Shown piece after piece: positions 32,488 through 39,468 of a stretch of DNA of 39,468 nt. The first letter of the stretch is position 1, and every line of letters starts with the position of its first letter. Below the pieces are notes generated by a model. The model saw only the letters and a program-made list of their open reading frames with translations, was not told the origin of the DNA and made no database searches. The stretch is from Planctomycetota bacterium. GTDB taxonomy: Bacteria > Planctomycetota > SBBH01 > JACQRN01. The position numbers and the translations under genes were made by a program. The stretch is from contig JACQRN010000211.1 in assembly GCA_016206515.1 (NCBI GenBank), forward strand, positions 1 to 39,468. Reading direction: 5' to 3'.

Positions 32488-33039
32488 TTATCTCTTCCTT
32501 CGATAGCGGCTGGTCAGGAACGTGTGCCACTCGCCGTCCACCTCGATCATCAAGGTGAGCGTCTTCTGGTCCTCCCCGACAACCTCGATGATGTCCCTGC
32601 ACTTCGCCCGCCCGCCTGGCACGTCGGGGTTGGGGACCTCCGTTTCGAGCGTCAGGATTCTTCCCGCGGCGTCGAGCGCCCCTTCGTAGACCACAAGATT
32701 GTTGGCCATGGAGCAGATCCACGTTCCCACATACTTCCCTCGCTCCGGGTCATACCCCAGCGTCAGGATGCCGGTGGATGGCCCGCCCGGGGATGACCCG
32801 TGCATCTCGAACATCGCCCAGCTTCCGATCCTGCGGCCGCTCTCGGTCCCCGTGAGTCTCTGCGGAGACTGGGACGGGGCCGTGACGACATCCATTTCGA
32901 ACTCCCATTCCCCCACGAGCTGTTCGAGCCACGCATGCTCTCCCTGTGCTCCGGGCGCCTGGGGGGCTTCCGGGTCCGACCTAGCCGCGAAAACCGCAAG
33001 GAGCATCGCAAGACACCCTGCCACCATGAACTTCCTCAT
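32488..33039 (-). CDS. secreted DUF1579-like protein
   Basis: Signal peptide is [31 protein letters not shown]...GKYVGTW...TLE...DQKTL resembles DUF1579 as I remember it. ATGA overlap with the ispG stop. Confidence 0.65.
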   Translation of the reverse strand: MRKFMVAGCLAMLLAVFAARSDPEAPQAPGAQGEHAWLEQLVGEWEFEMDVVTAPSQSPQRLTGTESGRRIGSWAMFEMHGSSPGGPSTGILTLGYDPERGKYVGTWICSMANNLVVYEGALDAAGRILTLETEVPNPDVPGGRAKCRDIIEVVGEDQKTLTLMIEVDGEWHTFLTSRYRRKR

Positions 33040-34205
33040 CCCTTCCTCCCTTTCCGCATTGCCTCACGCGCGGCAGGCTTCGCGAAGATCAATCCGTCCA
33101 ACTCTACACGCAGCTTCTCTAGAACCTCATCGTACCGGAACGCCCCGACCGTCTCCTTGCCGCGCTTGAGGTTCACGTGGGTCGGGCCGCACCAGAGACC
33201 CAGGTCGGCGTCGTCGGTCTCGCCGGGGCCGTTCACGCGGCACCCCATGACGGCGATCGTTAGGGCGTGCTCGCGCGCGTAGACGCTCATGCGCTGGACC
33301 TCCTGCGCGAGCTCCACGAACTTCTCGTTCTCGACGCGCGAGCAGGAGGGGCACGAGATGATGTTGAGGTGCTTGTTCTCGAACTTCGGGACCGACCGGA
33401 ACCTGCCTGAGACGATGTCGTCGAGGATCCGCTGGCCCTCGTGCACCTCTTCCGGTTTGCGGTCGTTCGGAAGCGTGAGCGACACCCGGATCGTGTCGCC
33501 GATCCCGCGCGTCAGGAGCTGCTCGAAGGCGATCCGGGTCTTGACCACGCCGTCGGGAGGGAGCCCCGCCTCGGTCACGCCCAGATGGAGCGGGACGTCG
33601 GGACGGCGCTCGGCGAACCGCACGTTCGCCTCGACCACCTTCGCGGGGTCGGAGTCCTTGATCGAGACGACGAACCGCTGGAACCCGGCCTCCTCGACCA
33701 TCCCGACGTGCTCGAGCGCGGACTGCACGGTCGCCCCCACCGAGTCGCCGGGGAAGCGCTCCGCCGCCGCCGGGTCGACCGAGCCGCAGTTGACGCCGAT
33801 CCGCAGGGCGCAGCCGTGCTTGCGCGCCTGGTCGACGATGAAGCGGACCTTCTCGCGGACCGGCTTCTCCTTCTCGTGGTGGTACAGGTGCCCGGGGTTG
33901 TACCGGATCTTGTCGACGTGCGGAGCGACGTCCTCCGCGAGCCGGTAGTTCTCCTGGAGGTCGACGACGAGGTTCACATCCCCGCGCGTGCGGCGCCGGA
34001 TCCCGGCGAGCCCCTCCACGTCGGCTCGCGAGTCGACCGCCACGCGCACGAGCCCCGCGCCGGCGGAGGCCAGGGCGCGCGCCTGCGCGCAGGTCGCCGC
34101 AACGTCCTGCGTCTTCGTGGCGCACATGCTCTGGACGACGACGGGGTGCCCCCCCCCGATCGTCACGGAGCCCGCTTTCACCTCCCGCGTGGGATTGCGC
34201 CCCAT
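33036..34205 (-). CDS. ispG: 4-hydroxy-3-methylbut-2-en-1-yl diphosphate synthase (MEP pathway)
   Basis: Motifs [35 protein letters not shown], plus the Fe-S ligand region ISCPSCSR...GCRVNGPGE. Start taken at ATG 34205. Confidence 0.92.
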   Translation of the reverse strand: MGRNPTREVKAGSVTIGGGHPVVVQSMCATKTQDVAATCAQARALASAGAGLVRVAVDSRADVEGLAGIRRRTRGDVNLVVDLQENYRLAEDVAPHVDKIRYNPGHLYHHEKEKPVREKVRFIVDQARKHGCALRIGVNCGSVDPAAAERFPGDSVGATVQSALEHVGMVEEAGFQRFVVSIKDSDPAKVVEANVRFAERRPDVPLHLGVTEAGLPPDGVVKTRIAFEQLLTRGIGDTIRVSLTLPNDRKPEEVHEGQRILDDIVSGRFRSVPKFENKHLNIISCPSCSRVENEKFVELAQEVQRMSVYAREHALTIAVMGCRVNGPGETDDADLGLWCGPTHVNLKRGKETVGAFRYDEVLEKLRVELDGLIFAKPAAREAMRKGRKG

Positions 34206-34264
34206 CGCGGGCAGTATACTGCCGCCTCCGCGCGCGTGACTTTCCGCCCGGAAGAGGAGGACCG

Positions 34265-35026
34265 ATGAAGAAAATCGCATTCGTGCTGCTGGCAACCGCG
34301 TCCCTGGCGTTCCCCTCCCTCCTCTCCGCGCTTGAGATCGGCGCCGAGGCGCGGCTGTGGGAACAGTCCCTGACGGCGGACATTGAGGTGGACAAGGCGA
34401 CGATCGAGGGGACCGAGATCGACCTCGAGGACACGCTCGACATCGACGACAAGGAGACGGTCCCGGAGTACCGCGCCTGGATCGAGATCGGGAACTCCCG
34501 CCTGACCGGCTCGTACTCGAAGTTCGCCAACGACGGGACCAAGACGCTCACCCAGTCGATCGTCTTCGACGGCACGACCTACGCCGCGAGCACCACGGTC
34601 ACCTCCGACATGGACATCGAGCTGGCGGACCTGACGTTCGAGTCCCCCCTGCCGTTCCTCTCGCTGGGGACCACGGCCTCGATCAACTGGCTCGCCGGCG
34701 TGAAGTACCTCGGCTTCGAGGGATCGATCACGGCGTCCGGCGTCGAGACCGCCAACAAGGTCGGGGTCCCGATCCCGCAGATCGGGGCGGGCGTGCGCGC
34801 CGACCTCCTGATGATCGACGTCTTCGCGACCGCCAAGGGGATCGGCTACGACACCGGGGACGTCCGCGGGAAGATCATCGACGCCGAGGCGGGCGCCGGG
34901 TTCGAGCTGGGGGTCTTCCGGGTCAGCGCGGGGTACCGGATCTTCGACATCGACGTCGATAGCGACGACGCGGCGCTCGAGTTCCAGTACGGCGGGCCGT
35001 TTGTCGGGGCGGGATTCTCTTTGTAG
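34265..35026 (+). CDS. putative outer-membrane beta-barrel protein
   Basis: Signal peptide is [22 protein letters not shown]. Alternating hydrophobic beta-strand pattern, with C-terminal strand FVGAGFSL. Confidence 0.65.
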   Translation: MKKIAFVLLATASLAFPSLLSALEIGAEARLWEQSLTADIEVDKATIEGTEIDLEDTLDIDDKETVPEYRAWIEIGNSRLTGSYSKFANDGTKTLTQSIVFDGTTYAASTTVTSDMDIELADLTFESPLPFLSLGTTASINWLAGVKYLGFEGSITASGVETANKVGVPIPQIGAGVRADLLMIDVFATAKGIGYDTGDVRGKIIDAEAGAGFELGVFRVSAGYRIFDIDVDSDDAALEFQYGGPFVGAGFSL

Positions 35027-35030
35027 AACT

Positions 35031-35063
35031 GGCGCCGCCTCGGCATCCTGCCTCGGCGGCGCC
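35031..35063 (+). terminator. GC-rich stem-loop just after the OMP stop
   Basis: GGCGCCGCC...GGCGGCGCC forms a 9-bp stem with an inner GGCA/TGCC stem. No U-tract. Confidence 0.4.
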
Positions 35064-35157
35064 GTCTCGCTCGTCGCGGCGGAGCCGCTCCTCACGAAGC
35101 CTCGCTCCGCGCCACCCCGCGATAAGCGCGTGGGGACCCTGGCGCTCCGCTCGGCGA

Positions 35158-35179
35158 CCGCGGCCATCCCTGGCCGCGG
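35158..35179 (-). terminator. stem-loop ~50 nt downstream of the mltA stop
   Basis: CCGCGGCCA-tccc-TGGCCGCGG: a perfect 9-bp stem with no U-tract. Confidence 0.35.
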
Positions 35180-35227
35180 AGTCGTGATGGCGGGAACTCC
35201 GCTCATCCCGAAAAGACTGGGTCCCTC

Positions 35228-36454
35228 TCACTCCTTCAATAACAGGAAATACAACCGCCCCACCTGCTGCGCCTGGCCGGCGATCGCCTCGGCGTGGTCT
35301 CCGATCCCCGTATAGATGTCGGCCCGCCCCGCGGAGCGGATCGCCCCGCCGGTGTCCTGGTTCAGCATGAACTGCCGGAATGGGCGCAGCGTCTCGCCGG
35401 TCGCGTCGGTCGGAACCTGCGTGTCCGCGAAGCAGGCCGCCCCGCGCGGGAAGAGGTTGCGGTCGAGCGCCAGCGTCACGTAGCCGGAGACCCGCTCGTT
35501 GATCGACCCGAACGGCCCCCCCTGGCTCTCGGTGAAGAAGACGTACGACTCGTTGAGGAACAGGTACGAGAGGTCCTCCGGGTGGGCGCGGAAGTGCGCG
35601 CGCATCCCCTGCAGCGACCTCTGCTTCTTCGTGATCTTCCCGGAGCGCAGGAGCGCCTCCGCGACGGAGGCGTAGGAGCGGTCGGTCTTCCCGTGGTAGC
35701 CGACCCGGAGCTCCCCCCCCTCGGAGAGGCGCAGGATCGCGGATCCCTGGACGTGGACGATGTACGCCTCGAACGGATCGCGCAGCCACGCGATCTCGAG
35801 GTCCTTCCCCTCCAGGAGATGTCCCTCCTCGATCTGGCGGCGGGTCGGGTACGGACCGACGGTCCCGTCGGCGAGCCGCCGCCCCATCGGGCTTCCCCCT
35901 TCCCCGAGCGCGAGATCCGGCGGCCGCCGGTAGAGCGGATAGCGGTACGGCCCCGCGCGCGTGCGGCTGGCGTCGAACACCGGGCTGTAGTAGCCGGTGT
36001 ACAGGACCTCCCCCGACCCATCCCACCCGACGGAGCGGTACACATCGAACCGGTCAAGGATCGCCTGCTGGAGCGCGGCCTGGTCCTCCGCCGACCCCAG
36101 CAGCTCGCGGAGCGCCTCCAGGGTCCGGATCGCCCTCTCGTGCGTGAACGCCTGCACCGGGTACGACGCCTTCGCGGACGGCTTGCGCAGGTAGTTGAGC
36201 GACCGGCCGATCGCCTCGACAATCTCGCCGCGGCGCGCGGCATCGGGAAGGTCGAAATCGGGGATCTCCCCGAACGGGACGAGTTCGAGCGCCGGCGTCC
36301 CGGGCGGAAGCTCCCGGTCGTAGTCCGGTTCCATTTCGGGCGCGCCACCGCGGCAGCACCCGGCGAGAATCGCGGCAAGAAGGGGGAACAGGAGGGACGG
36401 CATCATCCTGCGCGATGCGCGATGCGTCCTGCGAAGGCGTCCGGACCGGTTCAT
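35228..36454 (-). CDS. mltA: membrane-bound lytic murein transglycosylase A (lipoprotein)
   Basis: Lipobox is LLAAILAGC. MltA motifs LYTGYYSP and AYIVHVQGSAIL. The 3D domain is NQDTGGAIRSAGRADIYTG. The start could be ATG 36454 or 36406. Confidence 0.88.
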   Translation of the reverse strand: MNRSGRLRRTHRASRRMMPSLLFPLLAAILAGCCRGGAPEMEPDYDRELPPGTPALELVPFGEIPDFDLPDAARRGEIVEAIGRSLNYLRKPSAKASYPVQAFTHERAIRTLEALRELLGSAEDQAALQQAILDRFDVYRSVGWDGSGEVLYTGYYSPVFDASRTRAGPYRYPLYRRPPDLALGEGGSPMGRRLADGTVGPYPTRRQIEEGHLLEGKDLEIAWLRDPFEAYIVHVQGSAILRLSEGGELRVGYHGKTDRSYASVAEALLRSGKITKKQRSLQGMRAHFRAHPEDLSYLFLNESYVFFTESQGGPFGSINERVSGYVTLALDRNLFPRGAACFADTQVPTDATGETLRPFRQFMLNQDTGGAIRSAGRADIYTGIGDHAEAIAGQAQQVGRLYFLLLKE

Positions 36455-36487
36455 CGGGGTGCGACAGCGTACCGTAGAATCCCCCGC

Positions 36488-36739
36488 ATGTTCGAGCGTC
36501 GGCCGGCAGGAGGGATCGGACGGGACCTCGTCGTCTGTGCGGGGTGTCAGGGGCGTTTTTTCTTCTACTACCAGGTGGGAGATACGGAGCCGGTTCGCCG
36601 GCCTTGTCCGAAATGCTCGGAGCCGGTCACGGTGCCGGGGTTCCGCTCGTGGGAGAAGGACGGCCCCCCGCCCGGCGCGAAGGAACCGGATGGAGAGGAC
36701 GACGACGCGGAGGACGACTCGCAAGCGAATTGGGAGTGA
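36488..36739 (+). CDS. small zinc-ribbon protein with an acidic tail (83 aa)
   Basis: CAGC...CPKC pairs with a D/E-rich C-terminus. The stop is immediately followed by a 13-bp hairpin. TAGAAT at 36475-36480 lies 7 nt before the ATG and there is no SD, so the mRNA may be leaderless. Confidence 0.5.
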   Translation: MFERRPAGGIGRDLVVCAGCQGRFFFYYQVGDTEPVRRPCPKCSEPVTVPGFRSWEKDGPPPGAKEPDGEDDDAEDDSQANWE

Positions 36740-36778
36740 CGCGCCCCCTCTAAAATAAGTGTTCAAGAGGGGGCGCGT
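36739..36778. terminator. perfect 13-bp stem-loop with an AT-rich 14-nt loop (candidate bidirectional terminator)
   Basis: ACGCGCCCCCTCT-aaaataagtgttca-AGAGGGGGCGCGT. Verified against ORF-track translations on both sides. Confidence 0.6.
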
Positions 36779-36818
36779 TATCCTGAGCGCGGCATCTCGA
36801 TCAGACCTTCATCGCCGC

Positions 36819-36865
36819 GCGAAGGATCCATGTTCATCATGCAGCGAAGGATCCATGTTCATCAT
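36819..36865. repeat. 22-nt direct repeat x2 (period 25) in a low-GC spacer
   Basis: GCGAAGGATCCATGTTCATCAT occurs at 36819-36840 and 36844-36865, separated by GCA. Confidence 0.85.
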
Positions 36866-36977
36866 CCGAAACCGTCGCGCGTACACACGGATCGCTCGCT
36901 ACATCTCATCCCCGAACACCCGCACGAGCTGTCCCGAAAAACACGGGTTCCTCGCTTCGCTCGGAACGACAAGCGGG

Positions 36978-37379
36978 CTACTCGAACGTCACGTCGATCC
37001 TCACGTCCGGATGAAGCGACCGGTGGACCGGGCACGCCTCGCCCGCCTTGCGCAGGATCTCGCGGTCGGCGCCGGAGAGCGCCGCGGGGAGCGCGATCAC
37101 GACCCCCAGGCGCGCGATCCGGCGCGGCCCCTCGGAGGTCATCTCCTTGACGACGGTCGCGGACGCCCCCTCCATTGCGATCGAGCGGCGCTTCGCCACG
37201 ATCCCCATCGTCGTCAGGATGCACGAGCCGAGCGCCGCGCCCACCAGGTCGGTCGGCGAGAACGCCTCCCCCCGCCCGTGGTTGTCGATGGGCGCGTCCG
37301 TGGCGATCCGCGCGCCGGAGGGGCCGTGCGTCAGGGTGCAGCGCAGGCCCCCTTCGTAAACGACCTTCGACTCCACCAC
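36978..37379 (-). CDS. osmC: OsmC/Ohr-family peroxiredoxin-like protein
   Basis: SPTDLVGAALGSCILTT and EACPVHRSL carry the two conserved Cys. GTG 37379 lies 2 nt after the typA stop. The alternative ATG 37406 would overlap typA. Confidence 0.8.
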   Translation of the reverse strand: MVESKVVYEGGLRCTLTHGPSGARIATDAPIDNHGRGEAFSPTDLVGAALGSCILTTMGIVAKRRSIAMEGASATVVKEMTSEGPRRIARLGVVIALPAALSGADREILRKAGEACPVHRSLHPDVRIDVTFE

Positions 37380-37380
37380 G

Positions 37381-39198
37381 CTACGACTCCACCTTCCGGG
37401 CCTCACGCCGCGCCTTGAACCGCATCGACTCGTTGAGCTCGCGCTTGCGCAGGCGGCACTCGGCCGGGGTGACCTCGACCCACTCGTCCTCCTCGACGTA
37501 CTCGAGCATCGCGTCGAGCGCCATCGTGCGCGGGGGGCGCAGGACGATCGTGTTCTCCGCGGTGGAGGTTCGGATGTTCGTCATCTTTTTCTTACGGCAG
37601 GCGTTGACGTCGATGTCGTCCTCCTCGCCCCGCTCGCCGACGATCTGCCCGGCGTACACCTCGTCGCCGGGCTTCACGAAGAAGACGCCGCGGTCCGCGA
37701 GCCCCTCCAGCGCGTAGCCGGTCACCCGCCCGGTCTCGGTGGTGATCATCACCCCGCCGGAGCGCCTCGGGATCGCGCCCCGCTCCGGCTCGTACCCGTG
37801 GAAGCCGTGGTGCAGGACCGCCTCGCCGCGCGTGGCGTTCATCATCCGGGTTCGCAGGCCGATGAACCCGCGCGAGGGAAGCGTGTAGTCGAGGTGCGTG
37901 CGGTCCCCCTTCGCCTCCATCTTGAGCATCTGGCCGCGCCGCGCGCCCAAGAGTTCGATCACCGCCCCCGCGTAGGAGCCCGGCACGTCGATCGTCAGGT
38001 GCTCGATCGGCTCGCAGGTCTCCCCGTCGACCCTCCGATAGATGACGTTCGGCTTGCCGACGATCATCTCGTACCCCTCGCGGCGCATCGTCTCGATGAG
38101 CACCTCCAGGTGCAGGATGCCGCGGCCCGAGACGCGCCACGTGTCGGCGGAATCGGTCGTCTCGACCCGCAGGGCGACGTTCGACTCCAGCTCCTTCCAG
38201 AGCCGCTCGCGCAGGTGCCGCGAGGTGAGGTACTTCCCGGTCCGGCCGGAGAACGGCCCCGTGTTCGTCGCGAACATCATGGTCAGCGTCGGCTCGTCGA
38301 CGGGGACCGGGGGGAGCGCCTGGGGCTGCGCGACATCGCAGATCGTGTCGCCGATCCCGATCCCTTCGACCCCCGCGATCGCGATGATGTCGCCGCAGAC
38401 GGCCTCCTTCACCCTGCCCCGCGTCAGCCCCTCGTAGGCATAGAGGATCTCGACGGAGGCCGGGTGCTGCGTCCCCTCCCGCGCGATCCGGACGACCTTC
38501 TGCCCCTCGCGGACCTTCCCCTCGAAGACCCGGCCGACCGCGACCCGCCCGACGTAGTCGTTGTAGTCGAGGGTGGTCACCAGGAGCTGCAGGGGGTTGT
38601 CCGGCGAGCCACGCGGGGGCGGGACGGTCTTCACGATCTCTTCGAAGAGAGGGAGGATGTCCGTGTTGGTGTCCGTCAGGTGCCTGCGCGCGAAGCCGTG
38701 CTTGCCGCTGGCGTACAGGACCGGGAAGTCGAGCGCGGTGTCCTCGGCCCCGAGCGAGATGAACAGGTCCAGCACCTCGTCGAGGACCGCCGCGATCCGC
38801 GCGTCCGGCCGGTCGATCTTGTTGATCACCACGATGGGACGCAGATGCGACTCGAAGGCGTTGCGCAGGACGTACCGCGTCTGCGGCATGGGGCCCTCGC
38901 TCGCGTCCACGAGACGAAGGCACCCGTCGGCCATGCGCAGAACCCGCTGTACCTCGCCGCCGAAGTCGGCGTGGCCGGGGGTGTCGATCAGATTGATCTT
39001 GTAATCCCGCCAGCGGATCGCGCAGTTCTTCGCGAAGATCGTGATGCCGCGCTCGCGCTCCTGCGGGTTGCTGTCGAGGATGCACTCCTGCGAGAGCGTC
39101 CCCTCGCGGAACATCCCGGACTGGCGCAGGAGGCAGTCGACGAGCGTCGTCTTGCCGTGGTCGACGTGGGCGATGATCGCGAGATTTCGAAATTCCAT
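37381..39198 (-). CDS. typA: translational GTPase TypA/BipA
   Basis: 605 aa. Motifs [36 protein letters not shown], plus the TypA-specific C-terminal region. Confidence 0.95.
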   Translation of the reverse strand: MEFRNLAIIAHVDHGKTTLVDCLLRQSGMFREGTLSQECILDSNPQERERGITIFAKNCAIRWRDYKINLIDTPGHADFGGEVQRVLRMADGCLRLVDASEGPMPQTRYVLRNAFESHLRPIVVINKIDRPDARIAAVLDEVLDLFISLGAEDTALDFPVLYASGKHGFARRHLTDTNTDILPLFEEIVKTVPPPRGSPDNPLQLLVTTLDYNDYVGRVAVGRVFEGKVREGQKVVRIAREGTQHPASVEILYAYEGLTRGRVKEAVCGDIIAIAGVEGIGIGDTICDVAQPQALPPVPVDEPTLTMMFATNTGPFSGRTGKYLTSRHLRERLWKELESNVALRVETTDSADTWRVSGRGILHLEVLIETMRREGYEMIVGKPNVIYRRVDGETCEPIEHLTIDVPGSYAGAVIELLGARRGQMLKMEAKGDRTHLDYTLPSRGFIGLRTRMMNATRGEAVLHHGFHGYEPERGAIPRRSGGVMITTETGRVTGYALEGLADRGVFFVKPGDEVYAGQIVGERGEEDDIDVNACRKKKMTNIRTSTAENTIVLRPPRTMALDAMLEYVEEDEWVEVTPAECRLRKRELNESMRFKARREARKVES

Positions 39199-39341
39199 GT
39201 CCGTCCCGCCTTCCCGCGGGACGCAGAGTCTATCGGCTATCGGCGCTGGCGGGAGGAGGGAGCGCCCGCGTGTACCCGCCCGATGACAGGTCCGGCCCTT
39301 TCTGCTATGTTCCGCCGCGTCGTGCAGCGCGCCGTCCGGTC

Positions 39342-39468
39342 GTGACCTCGCAGAACTCCGCCTGGACCTCCCATAAGGAACAGATCCGGAGGCTCTCCGA
39401 TCGGCTGGTCGCGGCCCAGGGGCCGATCCGGATCCTCGACGCCCTGAAGTGGGACGACGCCGCCGAGC
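39342..39468 (+). CDS. 5' fragment of a gene running off the window (possibly DUF1704/QEGLA-type)
   Basis: The open frame from GTG 39342 reads VTSQNSAWTSHKEQIRRLSDRLVAAQGPIRILDALKWDDAAE. The family guess is from memory of similar N-termini and is weak. Confidence 0.3.
   Translation, partial: MTSQNSAWTSHKEQIRRLSDRLVAAQGPIRILDALKWDDAAE

Noticed and set aside
33127-34575. 482-aa - strand ORF overlapping ispG and the OMP gene start
   Set aside because: It is out of frame with the unmistakable ispG reading frame and is R/G/P-rich.
39202-39223. 8-bp hairpin (CGTCCCGC-cttccc-GCGGGACG) just upstream of the typA start
   Set aside because: It is short, and its loop merely contains the SD-like GGGAAGG on the - strand. 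That is too weak to call a regulatory element without conservation data.
1-39468. Scan for CRISPR arrays, tRNA/rRNA genes, transposases, integrases, toxin-antitoxin pairs and known phage-defence genes
   Set aside because: No regularly spaced repeats, cloverleaf-like low-GC segments, DDE or tyrosine recombinase motifs, or defence-system signatures were seen in any frame.

Overview
High-GC (about 70% by eye), densely coding bacterial chromosomal window. I recognised no rRNA, tRNA, CRISPR array or transposase. (1) 255-5609, + strand: a signalling cluster made of a CheY-like response regulator (RR), a small ORF, a transmembrane histidine kinase, a REC-PAS RR, an HDOD protein, and a REC RR whose HD-GYP-like output domain has lost its catalytic residues. 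(2) 5650-18992, - strand, convergent to that cluster: a 14-gene, nearly gap-free type IV filament operon (T2SS/T4P hybrid). It encodes GspH/I/J/K-like minor pseudopilins (the J-position one is 581 aa with a LamG domain), a 1,096-aa GspE/PilB ATPase with a ~500-aa coiled-coil plus acidic N-terminal extension, a GspF/PilC platform, a GspG-like major pseudopilin, a PilP/GspC-like protein, a secretin, a TPR lipoprotein, PilM, PilN, PilO and a terminal CheY-like RR. Most junctions are 4-nt start/stop overlaps. No retraction ATPase or prepilin peptidase lies in the window. (3) 19059-25124: a zinc-ribbon/TM/PDZ protein, an AMP-dependent ligase, two secreted prenyltransferase/terpene-cyclase-repeat proteins and a small DMT protein. 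(4) 25319-31987: one 2,222-aa ORF encoding a membrane protein with roughly 60 hydrophobic segments and no domain I can name, followed by a hotdog thioesterase. (5) Housekeeping genes: DUF1579, ispG, an OM beta-barrel protein, mltA, a small zinc-ribbon ORF, osmC, typA and a partial gene. The best novelty candidates are the giant membrane protein, the extended ATPase and the hybrid filament operon. Smaller oddities are G12 and G11 homopolymer tracts, nested perfect inverted repeats at 22042-22161 and a low-GC repeat-bearing spacer at 36739-36977. I cannot establish novelty without database searches.
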